NCBI GenBank assembly: GCA_021162885.1
Contig: JAGGXV010000022.1
Span: 57,571 to 121,570, forward strand
From: a bacterium
GTDB taxonomy: Bacteria; Patescibacteriota; Minisyncoccia; Minisyncoccales; CG1-02-41-26
Length of the DNA stretch: 64,000 nt
Direction of reading: 5' to 3'
Each line of letters begins with the position of its first letter. The first letter of the stretch is position 1. Of the stretch, positions 7,682 to 17,661 are shown in pieces. The position numbers and the translations under genes are program-made. The notes under the pieces were generated by a model. The model searched no databases, was not told the DNA's origin, and worked only from the letters and a program-made list of their open reading frames with translations.

Positions 7682-10237
7682 TTATCTTTTAGTAATGATT
7701 AAACTAAAATTTTTAGGATTAACCTTAACCATATCTCCCCTTTTTAACTTACCACTTAAAATTGCCGTTGCCAAGACATTTTCTACTTTATCTTGAATTA
7801 CTCTCCGCATCTCCCGTGCTCCAAATTCTGGGGAATAGCCAAGCTCTGCAATTTTCTCTTTTAATCCTTGAGTAATCTCAAATTCTATCCCCTTATCTCT
7901 TAAATTTTCCGCCAACTTTTTAAGCATTAACTGGGCAATATCTAAAAGATTTTCTCGAGAGAGAGGTTTAAAAACAACTATTGCATCAAAACGGTTAATA
8001 AATTCTGGTCGAAAAATTCCTTTTTTCAAAAGATAGTCCAAAAGATCTTCCTTGATAATATCCAATTTTTTATCTTCAGCAATGTCTTCTCTAATAACCT
8101 CTGCTCCCGCATTACTGGTAGCAATAATAATAGTATTTCTAAAATCGACTTTTCTCCCATCTCCTCCGGTCACCCATCCTTCATCTAAAACTTGTAAAAA
8201 CAAATTTAAGATATTTGGATGGGCTTTTTCAATTTCATCAAAAAGAATTAAAGAAAATGGATTTTCCCTAACCGGAGTTGTCAAAAGTCCTTCTTGTTCC
8301 CTGCTTCCAATCAATCTTTTGATATCGCGAAGATTCTGAAACTCTGACATATCTAATCTTATCATTTTTTCTTCTCCTTTAAAATAGATAGCGCTTAAGG
8401 CCTTTGAGGTTTCGGTTTTGCCAACTCCAGTGGGTCCAAGAAACAAAAAACTGCCTATCGGTCGGTTTCTCACTTGAATCTCTGCTCTGGCTCTTCTCAA
8501 AGCAGCACTTATTTCTTTAACCGCCTCTTGCTGGTCAATAATTCTTTGATGAATTAATTTTTCTAAATTCAACAAAATCTCTTTCTCTCTAACTTCAAGT
8601 TTTTCTAATGGCATTTCAATTCTTTCTGAAACTACTTTCTTAATATGTTCTGGCAACAGAACCGGACTTTTGGTTTCTCTGCTTAAATAAACCATTGCTT
8701 CATCCAAAACATCAATGGCTTTTTTGGGAAAGGGAATATCAGTAATATATCGAGCCCCCAATCTTAAAATTTCCCGCAAGGCCTTGTAACCAATAAATCT
8801 TTTGAATTTTCTTTCAAAAAAAGGAACGTAATTTTCCAAAAATCGCAAAGTTTCAGCTTGAGAAAGCTCTGATACTTCAACCTTCTCAAAAAGATTTAAG
8901 AGAGAAGGATTCCTTTCAATGATTCGGTGAAGACCATCGTAAGTGGTAATAGCAATAATTTGAAAGGTAGAAAGAGGCAAATAGCGAGCCAAAACCTTAG
9001 AGACATTTATTGTTCCTGGTTTTGGAATTTCAGAAACGAAATTATGAAATTTATCAATAACCAAAATTACATTCCCGGCCCTGACTGCTTCAGCAAAACA
9101 GCTATCTAAAGTGGTTTCGGCTTGCTCAAAAGAACGAATTTGGGCAGCCAAACCGGTGAGGTCAAAATCTAAAACTCTTTTGTAATTTATAGTTGGTGAC
9201 CCTTTTCCTAATAAGGCTTTTTGAGCTAACCCTTCAACAATACTTTTCCTCCCTACTCCTGGTTCCCCAACCAACAAAACATTATTCTGTTCGGTTTTTT
9301 CTAATATCCTCTCAATTTGTTCAAGTTCTTTTTGATGACCAATAATTTCTCTGAAACCTGTTCTTTTTAACTTCTCTCTCAAATCTAAAGAATAAGTATC
9401 CAAGTTCAAAGTAAAACCAGCGGCCCAATCTCGGCCAATCGAACCTTTCTTCAATAAATTCTCATACTCCCAAAACTTCTTAGATTTTGAAACTCTCTTC
9501 TCTACCCTCTCAAACCAATCGGCTAAATTCTTAATATCCTCTTTTTTAAGGTCTTCCTCAATTAAAATTTTTTGAAAAAACGGATCATTTTCAGCAAAAC
9601 TTATCAAAATATCCCCTACTCCAATTCTTCCTTTTCCTCTCTGAAAAGCAATTTTTCCAGCAGTAAACAAAATATCTTCAAAATCGTCTCTGGTATCTTT
9701 TCCTTTTTTAATTTCCCTTAAAATTTTTTTGAGAGATTTTTTTATTGCTTTTAAATTCAATTCCCCTCGACCAAAAATAAAATCAATTTCTTTGTTTTTG
9801 CTTTTCAATAAAGAATATAACAAAGCGGGTCGCAGAATTTTTCTGACCTTCTTTCTTTTGGCAAATTTTAAAGTTGAGAAACAAACTTTCGCTGCTTCAA
9901 AATCCAAAAAGCCAGCAAAATTAAACTCCTCTGGCCTGAGGAGAGCTTCTGAAAGTGGATACTTCAATTTTGGTCTTCTCAATTTTCCTTCAAAAAAGAG
10001 ATCAACTTGCCAAAAAAAGACCAAAAAAGTTAAAGAAAAAAGAAATCCTCCAAAAAATCTGGCCGCAGCATTTTCTGAAAGAACTCCAGTAAAAACTCCA
10101 ACTAAAAATACCGAAAAAAAAGCCAAAGTCAAAACAAAAAACAAAATCTTAAAAAACCTCCGCTTTTTAAATATCAGATGTCTTTCCCATTTCACTGCCT
10201 GATAAATCCCAGTGGCTTTTAAATTAAAGTTAATCAT
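7682..10237 (-). CDS. ClpA/B-family AAA+ ATPase with two N-terminal TM helices
   Basis: Two Walker A motifs (GEPGVGRK, GPTGVGKT), RLDMSEF, LFDEIEKAHP, FRPEFINRFD, FGAREMRR. Confidence 0.92.
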   Translation of the reverse strand: MINFNLKATGIYQAVKWERHLIFKKRRFFKILFFVLTLAFFSVFLVGVFTGVLSENAAARFFGGFLFSLTFLVFFWQVDLFFEGKLRRPKLKYPLSEALLRPEEFNFAGFLDFEAAKVCFSTLKFAKRKKVRKILRPALLYSLLKSKNKEIDFIFGRGELNLKAIKKSLKKILREIKKGKDTRDDFEDILFTAGKIAFQRGKGRIGVGDILISFAENDPFFQKILIEEDLKKEDIKNLADWFERVEKRVSKSKKFWEYENLLKKGSIGRDWAAGFTLNLDTYSLDLREKLKRTGFREIIGHQKELEQIERILEKTEQNNVLLVGEPGVGRKSIVEGLAQKALLGKGSPTINYKRVLDFDLTGLAAQIRSFEQAETTLDSCFAEAVRAGNVILVIDKFHNFVSEIPKPGTINVSKVLARYLPLSTFQIIAITTYDGLHRIIERNPSLLNLFEKVEVSELSQAETLRFLENYVPFFERKFKRFIGYKALREILRLGARYITDIPFPKKAIDVLDEAMVYLSRETKSPVLLPEHIKKVVSERIEMPLEKLEVREKEILLNLEKLIHQRIIDQQEAVKEISAALRRARAEIQVRNRPIGSFLFLGPTGVGKTETSKALSAIYFKGEEKMIRLDMSEFQNLRDIKRLIGSREQEGLLTTPVRENPFSLILFDEIEKAHPNILNLFLQVLDEGWVTGGDGRKVDFRNTIIIATSNAGAEVIREDIAEDKKLDIIKEDLLDYLLKKGIFRPEFINRFDAIVVFKPLSRENLLDIAQLMLKKLAENLRDKGIEFEITQGLKEKIAELGYSPEFGAREMRRVIQDKVENVLATAILSGKLKRGDMVKVNPKNFSLIITKR

Positions 10238-10240
10238 ATA

Positions 10241-10290
10241 GCTTCCCTAACGCGCCAGGGTAGTTGCCCAAGCAACTTAGCCGAGCGTTC
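10241..10290. repeat. Short hairpin element (CTCGG family, minimal form)
   Basis: GCTTC..AACGC...AGTTG.CAACT..CCGAGCGTT filling the intergenic gap. Confidence 0.4.
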
Positions 10291-10295
10291 TTAAC

Positions 10296-10694
10296 TTAAA
10301 TTAAAAATTTTAAACCAAAATAAAAACCCAAAATCAGTAAAATTGGCGAAAATAACCAAACTAAGAAAACAATTAGGCCTGCCAAAAAAATAGCAACTTC
10401 AATCACTAACCCAATAATAATCACCACGGTCCGAACCAAAGCCCCCAAAATGCGAGAAATCATATTGCCAACAAAAACGCTGAAATATCTCTTAATGTCA
10501 AATCCTCGAGGATAAAACTCCCGATACCTTCGCCAATGAGAGAAAAGAGTTTTCGCCAAAAGTCCGATTGAAAAATAATTAAAATTAAAAACTAAAAAAT
10601 TCTTGAATGCTTTCAAAATTCCTTTTGGGGCATCGTAAAAATGCCAAACCAACAATTTCAAAAATATATTCCTTTTAGGTGATGCCTCAATCAT
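10296..10694 (-). CDS. Hypothetical membrane protein upstream of the Clp ATPase
   Basis: WHF..P, NYFSI..L.KTLFS.WRR, SRILGA.VR, hydrophobic C-terminus. Confidence 0.75.
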   Translation of the reverse strand: MIEASPKRNIFLKLLVWHFYDAPKGILKAFKNFLVFNFNYFSIGLLAKTLFSHWRRYREFYPRGFDIKRYFSVFVGNMISRILGALVRTVVIIIGLVIEVAIFLAGLIVFLVWLFSPILLILGFYFGLKFLI

Positions 10695-10715
10695 TTTAAC
10701 TCAACTTTTTATAAT

Positions 10716-10751
10716 TCCTATTATTTTTCACGATCGTAAACAACGGTAGAA
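10716..10751. repeat. 36-nt CGATCG-centred palindromic site
   Basis: TCCTA-N10-CGATCG-N10-TAGAA. Confidence 0.65.
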
Positions 10752-10768
10752 TTGATATTTTAGTTATT

Positions 10769-11104
10769 TCACAAAAGTTTAATTCCTAAACTTGATAATT
10801 TTCCAGCCCCAAAAACTAAAATCCCCATAAAAATCGACCAGGCAATCAAATTAAAAAGTTTTGGCAGGAAATCCGAAGGTAACATCTTCTCAAACTGTTC
10901 TTTGATAACCTGTTGCATTTGTTCTTGCATTTGTCCTTCAAGACCAGCTTTCTCTTGCTTCAAAGAAACCTCCTCTGCTTCTGGAGTTTTAAAAATCTCA
11001 TATGGGGGCTTTTTAGCCGTAAAAATCTCAAAAGACGACCAAATCCCCCAAATTATCACCAAAACCCCTATCAAAAAGAGAGTCCAGCCAATTACCTTTT
11101 TCAT
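10769..11104 (-). CDS. Hypothetical two-TM membrane protein
   Basis: 111 aa ORF with hydrophobic ends. Confidence 0.75.
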   Translation of the reverse strand: MKKVIGWTLFLIGVLVIIWGIWSSFEIFTAKKPPYEIFKTPEAEEVSLKQEKAGLEGQMQEQMQQVIKEQFEKMLPSDFLPKLFNLIAWSIFMGILVFGAGKLSSLGIKLL

Positions 11105-11237
11105 AGTTTTAGAAAATTACTGACCTTTATTAAATTATATCAAATTAATTGTAAACAAAAAAGGAGAGGAAGAATAGAATCTTTAAAAAGATTTCCCTTC
11201 ACTCTCCTTGATTCAACCTTGCCTTTTCCCTTGGGAC

Positions 11238-11414
11238 TTACTTCTGTTCATCAAGTATCTCTTGATAGATTCCGATAATCAGTCCATGGAGCTTCTCCGG
11301 GTTAACCCCTATCTGCTTTGCCACATTGGGGATTTCCCGTTTTAAGCTCCCAAGTTTTACCTGACGCTCAGCCAGAAAAAACTTGAGTACTTCTCGTTCT
11401 AAATTTTTAGCCAC
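11238..11414 (-). CDS. Small hypothetical protein
   Basis: GTG start at 11414 preceded by AAGGAGGTG; in frame with the tracked ORF 11238..11510. Confidence 0.55.
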   Translation of the reverse strand: MAKNLEREVLKFFLAERQVKLGSLKREIPNVAKQIGVNPEKLHGLIIGIYQEILDEQK

Positions 11415-11670
11415 TCTTTTCCACCTCCTTTTTTTATTTTTTGTACCCGAAAAATTATTAAGGTGCTTGGAAGGACTCCTAGGAATGGATTCCTTTCTTC
11501 GTCTTTCCATCTAAATTATAGAAAAAAATTGCCCCTGTCAAGGACAATTTTGTTATTTCTTAGTTGAAATTTTGCATTTTACAAATTCAATTCCAATTTT
11601 ATTTTTTATTTTCACTTTTATTTTCAGTTTTTATTTTCACTTTTATTTTCACTTTCCCTCCAAACATTCA

Positions 11671-11706
11671 TTCAATAATTCGAGACGATCGCACCGAATT
11701 ACAGAA
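11671..11706. repeat. 36-nt CGATCG-centred palindrome, downstream flank of the PaaX-like gene
   Basis: TTCAA-N10-CGATCG-N10-CAGAA, ending 1 nt from the stop codon at 11708. Confidence 0.7.
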
Positions 11707-11707
11707 T

Positions 11708-12280
11708 CTATCTGTTGAAAGTCGATTTAAGGTTAAAATGTTGTTTAAGGTCAGAGTCATTATCTATTTTTTCTATTACCAAAAATCTAATGTCTCCACC
11801 AAAATCTCTCTTCCATAATTTAAGTAAGGTTTTTAACTCTCTTTCGAAATCAAATGGCGCAACCCAAACACTTTTTTGAAGCTCTCGGAAACCCATCTGA
11901 TAAAGCTCTTTTCTTAAAAAGTTTCTATCCCTTCTATCCAATTCAGGTATATCAAAAATAATACCTCGCCATTTTCCATCCCATTTTTTAACTTTTCCCT
12001 TATTTCTTTTTTTAATTATCAATTTGATAATCTTTTCTCTTCCTTTTTGAGTAAGATAAAGTTTGTCATTTTTATATTTAAAATATTTACTTCTTTTCAA
12101 ATAAGAAATATCTTTAGACAACCGTGGTTTAGAATAGCTACCAAATGGCCCTTCTCCCCTCAGAAAACGATGAGGATCAATTGCTATGGTTGCCCCTAAA
12201 CTTAGAAGCCCTACTGAAGTTTCGCCCAAATAAACCAAAATCTTTTTAATTAATGAATCTTCTTTAAATGGTTTAGCCAT
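11708..12280 (-). CDS. PaaX-like protein (winged-helix remnant plus Cas2-like central domain)
   Basis: LYLTQKG, KWDGKWR.IIFDIPE..R..R..LR..L...GF.ELQKSVW. Confidence 0.85.
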   Translation of the reverse strand: MAKPFKEDSLIKKILVYLGETSVGLLSLGATIAIDPHRFLRGEGPFGSYSKPRLSKDISYLKRSKYFKYKNDKLYLTQKGREKIIKLIIKKRNKGKVKKWDGKWRGIIFDIPELDRRDRNFLRKELYQMGFRELQKSVWVAPFDFERELKTLLKLWKRDFGGDIRFLVIEKIDNDSDLKQHFNLKSTFNR

Positions 12281-12297
12281 AAAAACTATCTCTCTTT

Positions 12298-12333
12298 TTC
12301 TATAATTGCAGACGATCGTCGCAAATAATAGAA
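12298..12333. repeat. 36-nt CGATCG-centred palindrome, upstream flank of the PaaX-like gene
   Basis: TTCTA-N10-CGATCG-N10-TAGAA; its reverse complement shares 23 identical nt with 17626-17648. Confidence 0.75.
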
Positions 12334-12440
12334 TAACTTTAGTTTAATTATAACCTATAACTAATTATTAACATACAACTATACAAAAATATAAGATAAA
12401 AATATAAGGTTAGAAATACAAAAATTAAAAAAATAAAAAA

Positions 12441-12514
12441 TGGGCGGTAGTGGATTTGAACCACTGACCTCACGTATGTGAAACGTACGCTCTTACCAAC
12501 TGAGCTAACCGCCC
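12441..12514 (-). tRNA. tRNA-Val(CAC)
   Basis: GGGCGGT acceptor, AGCTCAGTTGG D arm, anticodon loop TT-CAC-AT, GGTTCAAATCC T arm; CCA not encoded. Confidence 0.93.
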
Positions 12515-12571
12515 TCCTTATAGTTTAATGCATTTATTTTTTAGTGTAAAGCGTTGTATAATGAAATTAAG

Positions 12572-13489
12572 ATGAGGTTTTTTGAATTTCATTTTAATCC
12601 TGTTAAATTCCACGAAACGGGAATTTCGCTGAAGGCGAAATTATTTAACAGGGTGAATCCCCAAATTAAAAAAGAAGATACTATCTTTGATAGTTTTTGT
12701 TTTGTACCAGAAACAAAGGCAGAGGAAGATTTGGGATATTTGTATTTAATTGGAGAACTAAAAAATGCCTTACCCAAAAAAAATGAAGATCTTTTAACTA
12801 ATCTTGCTGAAATTATTAAACAAAAATACTATAAACTCCCTTTGGAATCACCGGGCGATAACTTCAAACAAAGTTTGGAGAAAGCCAATGAATTTTTAGC
12901 TCAAGAGATTAAAAAAGAAAATGTGAGTTGGCTGGGAAACTTAAACTTTGCTGTCGTTTCTTTAACTCCAGATTTCTTAATCAATTTCTCTAAAGTTGGC
13001 AATTTGAAAATTCTTCTTTTGAGAAATAAAGAAATTTTTGATATTGGGGAGCAAATAAACTCTGTTCCCTCCCCCGCTAAAACATTTCCCAATGTTGTTG
13101 AGGGAAAATTAGAAAAAGGTGATAAAATATTGTTGCTAACCCAAGAGCCTTTTGAGGTTTTTAAAAAAGAAGAGATTCTCCAAAACTTAACCGATATCAA
13201 AAAACCAAGAAAAATAAAAAAGATTTTCAAAGAAAAAAAGAAAATCTTAAAAGAAATTTTTGGTGCTTGTCTTTTGATAATTCCTGAAAAAAAGGGAATT
13301 TTAACCAGAAAGATTTATCTCCCCAAAATCCTCCCCAGCGTTAATTTGCGAGGACCGTTCAAGATTTTTAACTTTCCACAAAAAATTTTCTCTCAATCTC
13401 CTGTCTTGCAAGAAAAATTCAAAAAAGCCTCGCTTGCCATTTTAATTTTAATTATTGTTTTAGTTCTTGGCTGGTTAATTTTTAGATGA
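12572..13489 (+). CDS. Hypothetical protein with a degenerate PP2C-like fold and C-terminal TM
   Basis: MRFFEFHFNP, FSKVG.LKILLLR, VEGKLEKGDKILLLT; start at ATG 12572. Confidence 0.7.
   Translation: MRFFEFHFNPVKFHETGISLKAKLFNRVNPQIKKEDTIFDSFCFVPETKAEEDLGYLYLIGELKNALPKKNEDLLTNLAEIIKQKYYKLPLESPGDNFKQSLEKANEFLAQEIKKENVSWLGNLNFAVVSLTPDFLINFSKVGNLKILLLRNKEIFDIGEQINSVPSPAKTFPNVVEGKLEKGDKILLLTQEPFEVFKKEEILQNLTDIKKPRKIKKIFKEKKKILKEIFGACLLIIPEKKGILTRKIYLPKILPSVNLRGPFKIFNFPQKIFSQSPVLQEKFKKASLAILILIIVLVLGWLIFR
12596..12660. repeat. In-frame palindromic insertion with AATCC direct repeat
   Basis: CCTGTTAAA...TTTAACAGG inverted repeat; AATCC at 12596-12600 and 12656-12660; net 60 nt. Confidence 0.7.
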
Positions 13490-13521
13490 GAAAAAATCAA
13501 AAATGGCAAGTCATAGTTATG

Positions 13522-13959
13522 TTATGGCCTGCCATTTAAATTTAATCTCTTTCTCATCTTTTTCAACTCTGAAATTAGCTCTTCAATTCCGCTTCGTATT
13601 CTTATCTCCTGTGTGATAATCACAGAAGTATCCTCTTTTTCTAAAGATTGCATTTTTTGTTTAACCTCTTTCAACCTTTTTTCCGTGTGATATAAAAAAT
13701 CTCTCACCTCTTGTATTTTTGTTTTTGAAAGCAATTCTTCTATCCATTCAAGTTTCCTTCTTATCTTTTCTTTCTCTGCTTCTTCAGTTTTCTTTGCTTT
13801 TTCTAATTCCTTGACCTTTCTTTTTAAAGTTTTTATTCGTTTTCTTCTTAATTTCGCTGCGAGACCATCTTTTCTTTTCATCTCTCTCCACGCCTCCTCT
13901 AAAATTCTTTTTTGGTCAGGATTTCTTATTCCTATAAAAATGGGTAATTTAAAGAACAT
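13522..13959 (-). CDS. Hypothetical coiled-coil protein
   Basis: 145 aa charged ORF with GAGGAGG upstream. Confidence 0.65.
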   Translation of the reverse strand: MFFKLPIFIGIRNPDQKRILEEAWREMKRKDGLAAKLRRKRIKTLKRKVKELEKAKKTEEAEKEKIRRKLEWIEELLSKTKIQEVRDFLYHTEKRLKEVKQKMQSLEKEDTSVIITQEIRIRSGIEELISELKKMRKRLNLNGRP

Positions 13960-14049
13960 TTTAATCGCCTCCTCAGATATTTTAAAATTAAAACAGTGGT
14001 ACTTCTCTATTCAAAATACCACTGTTTCTAAAAATGTCAACGACTAATC

Positions 14050-14574
14050 TTATTTTAGTTCAACTTTTGCGCCTGCTTGCTCAAATTTCTTTTTTATCTC
14101 TTCTGCCTCTTCTTTCTTTACATTCTCTTTAATCATCTGCGGCTCTTTTTCTGCAGCGTCAACTAAATCTTTTGATTCCTTCAATCCTTTTTGAGTGATA
14201 TCTCGAACAACTTTTATCACTTCAATTTTTTTAGCACCAACCTCTTGGAGCTCAATGTTAAAAACAGTTTTTTCTTCAGCAACCGCTTCTGTTGAAGCTG
14301 CTCCTCCACCAGCAGGAGATGAACTAACCACTTGAGGAATAGCCGAAACTCCAAATTTCTCTTCTAAAATTTTAACTAATTCTGCCAAATCAACAACTTT
14401 CATCTTCTCGATTTCTTCAACTATTTTTTTGAATTTCTCTGGCACTTTAACTTCTTTCGGTTTTTCTTCTTTTTCTTCTGGTGTTTTCTCTTTTATTTCC
14501 TGTTTTGGAGCTTCTTCTTTTTTAGGCTCTTTTTCTTTTTTAGCTTCTTCTTCTTTTTTCTTTTCTTCAGCCAT
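14050..14574 (-). CDS. rplL: 50S ribosomal protein bL12 with a Glu/Lys-rich N-terminal extension
   Basis: [40 protein letters not shown]. Confidence 0.96.
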   Translation of the reverse strand: MAEEKKKEEEAKKEKEPKKEEAPKQEIKEKTPEEKEEKPKEVKVPEKFKKIVEEIEKMKVVDLAELVKILEEKFGVSAIPQVVSSSPAGGGAASTEAVAEEKTVFNIELQEVGAKKIEVIKVVRDITQKGLKESKDLVDAAEKEPQMIKENVKKEEAEEIKKKFEQAGAKVELK

Positions 14575-14627
14575 AATTTTGTTAATACATTTCAAGCGAC
14601 CGCTTAAAATGTTATTACAATTAAATT

Positions 14628-15155
14628 TTACTGAGTGACCTTTATTTGGCTCAAAATATAAATTAGTTTTCTCAAATTTCCTTTTAAAATGTTCGCCAGT
14701 CCTGAAATTGGACTTTGTAAACTCCCAACTAATCTTGCCAAAAATTCTTCTCTTGTAGGAAGCTGAGCTATTTCCATTACTTTTTCTGGAGTCAAAAACT
14801 CATTTCCCAAAATTCCCCCCAGAATTTTCAAATTCTCATTGTCTTTGGCAATCTTGTAGCAAATTCTAAAAGGCGCTATTTCATCTTCAAACCCAAAAGC
14901 CAAAGCCAGCTGCCCTTTAATTTTTTCAATTTCTTCCAAAAAATCTTCTTTTTTTAAATTCTTGAGAATATTTTTTAATAAAGTTTTTTTGACAACCTGA
15001 AAAGAACCTTCCAACTCTTTTAGCTCTTCTCTTAATTGCCAGAGGATTGGAGCTTGTAAGCCGCTAAAATCAACAAAAACAATTGATTTCTGCTTCTGGA
15101 TTTTTTCTTTTAAGTCCTCAATTATTTTTTGTTTTTGTTCTCTACTCTTTGCCAT
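14628..15155 (-). CDS. rplJ: 50S ribosomal protein uL10
   Basis: [38 protein letters not shown]; start moved to 15155. Confidence 0.95.
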   Translation of the reverse strand: MAKSREQKQKIIEDLKEKIQKQKSIVFVDFSGLQAPILWQLREELKELEGSFQVVKKTLLKNILKNLKKEDFLEEIEKIKGQLALAFGFEDEIAPFRICYKIAKDNENLKILGGILGNEFLTPEKVMEIAQLPTREEFLARLVGSLQSPISGLANILKGNLRKLIYILSQIKVTQ

Positions 15156-15171
15156 ACTAAATAAAGAAAAA

Positions 15172-15309
15172 ATGTCTACACCGTAGACATTAATATTACT
15201 TTTGCCTCGATAGGATTTATTTACCCTGTGAAACAATTTCGCTTCAGTAAAATTCTTTTAAAAACCATCGAGTTTCAATTTAACAGGGTAAACCTATTGT
15301 CTACGGCTA
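15172..15309 (-). promoter_or_regulatory. L10 leader RNA with a palindromic insertion in its apical loop
   Basis: CCGTAGACAATAGG...CCTATCGAGG (L10-leader-like) followed by the hairpin ATGTCTAC..GTAGACAT-T run upstream of rplJ; insert at 15220-15292. Confidence 0.7.
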
Positions 15310-15331
15310 TCTTATTTAACTATACACTAAT

Positions 15332-15886
15332 TTAAAAATTTTGCAATACCCTAACAATTGTCTCCCCAAATTTCCTTGCTGCTTCCGGCCCGTTTGCCGT
15401 AATAATTTTTCCATCAATTGCTACTTGCTCAGCTTGATAATTTGCCCCTTCCTCTTTTAAAATTTTAACCGCTGATTTGTCTAATCTGCTTGACCAAACC
15501 GTTGCCTTTTTGTCTTTTAAAACCCCAGCCCTTGCTAATATTGCTGGTGCAATACAAATTGCTCCAAGAAGTTTATTTTGAGAAACCGCTTCCTTGGCAA
15601 TTTTATGACATCTTTCATCGTTTATATATTTTGCTGCCCCCGATCCTCCAACAAAAACAATTACATCAAAATCTCGAACATCCAATTCATCTAAACTTAA
15701 ATCTACATTTACCACTCCCCCATAACTCCCTATCGCTTTCTCTTTTTTACTGCTCACAATTTTAACTTGAGCTCTTGCTGCTAAAAAAATACTCCGAGGA
15801 ATAAAAAGTTCTTCGTCTCGAAAATCCTGCTGAGCAATTATCATCGCAATTTTTTTATTGTTTTTTTTGTTTGAAAATTGAGTCAT
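15332..15886 (-). CDS. DJ-1/PfpI family protein
   Basis: DFRDEEL, FVGGSGA, GAICIAP.ILA.AG.L, IITANGP; start codon uncertain because it lies in a heptamer repeat. Confidence 0.92.
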   Translation of the reverse strand: MTQFSNKKNNKKIAMIIAQQDFRDEELFIPRSIFLAARAQVKIVSSKKEKAIGSYGGVVNVDLSLDELDVRDFDVIVFVGGSGAAKYINDERCHKIAKEAVSQNKLLGAICIAPAILARAGVLKDKKATVWSSRLDKSAVKILKEEGANYQAEQVAIDGKIITANGPEAARKFGETIVRVLQNF

Positions 15887-15914
15887 TGAAAATTGATAAT
15901 TGAAAATTGAAAAT

Positions 15915-16964
15915 TCACTGTAAATATTTCGCTCTAGCAATGTTATGTTCTCTCAAAGTTTTACTAAAGATGACTTCTCCTTCAGGTGTTGTCAAATAGA
16001 ACCAATAAGGACTGTCTTTATAATAAACTGCGGCTCGGATAGCTTCAAGTCCAGGATTACAAATGGGGCCAAGGGGCAAGCCATAATATTTATAGGTATT
16101 CCAGGGAGAATCAATATTCATATCTTCTTTAGTTAACTCCGAGCTGGCTTTACCAGTCAGATAGGTTAAAGTCGCGTCAACTTGCAAAGGCCAACCACTT
16201 CTTAATCTTTTCCACAAAATTCCAGCTGCTACTTGACGATCCTCATAACTTTTTATTTCGTCTTCCAATAAAGAAGCCATAGTTAAAACTTCATGTAAAG
16301 TTTTACCCTGAGAGGCAATTTCTTCTCGTAAATCAGGGGTAATTTTTTGCTCGAAATTCTGAAGCATTTTTCTGACAATCTCCCCTACTGGTGCTGCCGG
16401 ATCAATCTCATAAGTATCGGGGAAAAGATAACCTTCCAAACTCACCTCATTTGGTTTCTCTTTTAAAAATTCAAACTCCTCAGAAAAATCCATTGGCTGA
16501 GGCAAGTCAGAAACCTTCGTATAATCAACGGCCGGGAACCCAGTCACCTCAAAAAGTTCTTCGGCCTGAAACATACCCTTGTTTTCAAAATACCAACCAA
16601 TATCTCTCAAATCCCAACCTTCAATAATAGTAATTTTTTCTTTAATTGTGTCGCCCTGAGTTAACTTGTTGAGTATCTGAGGAATATTCATTGACGAGGT
16701 CAAATTATATTTGCCTGCTTGAAGTTTTCTGGCTGAGTTCAACGCCAAAGCAGATAACTCAAACAAAAATCTGGATTTAACCAGGCCTTGTTTTTCCAAA
16801 TCAGAAGCAATGTCTCGCAAACTTTGCCCTTTTTCAACTGAAAAGAGAATTTCAGTTTGGGTTCCGGGTTCTTTGGGCAAATAAATTCCTTGCCAAAGCC
16901 AAGCCCCAATCAAAATCAAAACTAAAATAATTAGAATATAATATTTTTTAGAAAATTTTCTCAT
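15915..16964 (-). CDS. mltG: Endolytic transglycosylase MltG
   Basis: LQAGKY, ITIIEGW, LEGYLFPDTY, LQVDAT, SPWNTYKY.GLP.GPI.NPG. Confidence 0.95.
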   Translation of the reverse strand: MRKFSKKYYILIILVLILIGAWLWQGIYLPKEPGTQTEILFSVEKGQSLRDIASDLEKQGLVKSRFLFELSALALNSARKLQAGKYNLTSSMNIPQILNKLTQGDTIKEKITIIEGWDLRDIGWYFENKGMFQAEELFEVTGFPAVDYTKVSDLPQPMDFSEEFEFLKEKPNEVSLEGYLFPDTYEIDPAAPVGEIVRKMLQNFEQKITPDLREEIASQGKTLHEVLTMASLLEDEIKSYEDRQVAAGILWKRLRSGWPLQVDATLTYLTGKASSELTKEDMNIDSPWNTYKYYGLPLGPICNPGLEAIRAAVYYKDSPYWFYLTTPEGEVIFSKTLREHNIARAKYLQ

Positions 16965-16977
16965 AATTTATTATCAA

Positions 16978-17625
16978 TTACCTGTCACCTGTCACCAGAG
17001 GCACAAAAGCAAAGCCAGGATATTCTTTTGATTTAAATTTCATTTCTGAAATTTTCTCAAAAAGCCAGATGGAAGAACCAATCGGACTGACAATCTTGCC
17101 ACCAATTTTCAATTGAGTTTTCCACGCTGGAGGTATCTCTTTTGCCTCAGCCGAACACAAAATTTTATCAAAAGGAGCCTCTTTCCAATAACCCTTGGAG
17201 CCATCAGCACAAATAAATTCAACAATCCCCTTCTCTATATAATTATACTTAGAAACATTTCTTTCTCCAAACTCTTTTAATTCAGGCACTATTTCAATCG
17301 CAATCACCTTTCCGTTTCCGTCAATTTTTGATTTTAGCTCTTTTTCGCTCACTACGTAAGCGAGAAGAGCTGTTGTCCAGCCCGAGCCAGCCCCTACATC
17401 CAAAACTTTATCACCTTTTTCTGGAGCCAAAAGCTCTATCATAAAAGCCACCACCAATGGCTGAGAAATGGTTTGACCGTAACCAATAGACAAAGCCTCA
17501 TTCAATTCAGCCAAATCTTTCATATCCTCTGGCAAAAAATCAACTCTTTTTATTTTGCGGAAAGCTTCAATAATCCTTGGAGTCCGTAACCACCCTCCTT
17601 CAATTAAAGAATCAATTAGTCTCAT
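16978..17625 (-). CDS. pcm: Protein-L-isoaspartate O-methyltransferase
   Basis: IGYGQTISQP, VLDVGAGSGW, DGSKG..APFDKI, FVPLV. Confidence 0.95.
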   Translation of the reverse strand: MRLIDSLIEGGWLRTPRIIEAFRKIKRVDFLPEDMKDLAELNEALSIGYGQTISQPLVVAFMIELLAPEKGDKVLDVGAGSGWTTALLAYVVSEKELKSKIDGNGKVIAIEIVPELKEFGERNVSKYNYIEKGIVEFICADGSKGYWKEAPFDKILCSAEAKEIPPAWKTQLKIGGKIVSPIGSSIWLFEKISEMKFKSKEYPGFAFVPLVTGDR

Positions 17626-17661
17626 TTCTATTATTTGCGACGATCGTCGAGTTTTATAGAA
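17626..17661. repeat. 36-nt CGATCG-centred palindrome, stand-alone copy overlapping a gene end
   Basis: TTCTA-TTATTTGCGA-CGATCG-TCGAGTTTTA-TAGAA. Confidence 0.75.

Noticed and set aside
11590-11660. TTTTATTTTCAC tandem run and ORF 11564..11818
   Set aside because: Low-complexity sequence with no spacers; the ORF is a by-product of the T-rich repeat.
11708-12280. CRISPR Cas2 call for the PaaX-like gene
   Set aside because: The fold is shared, but there is no cas1 or array nearby and the gene has a PaaX-type WDGKW motif.
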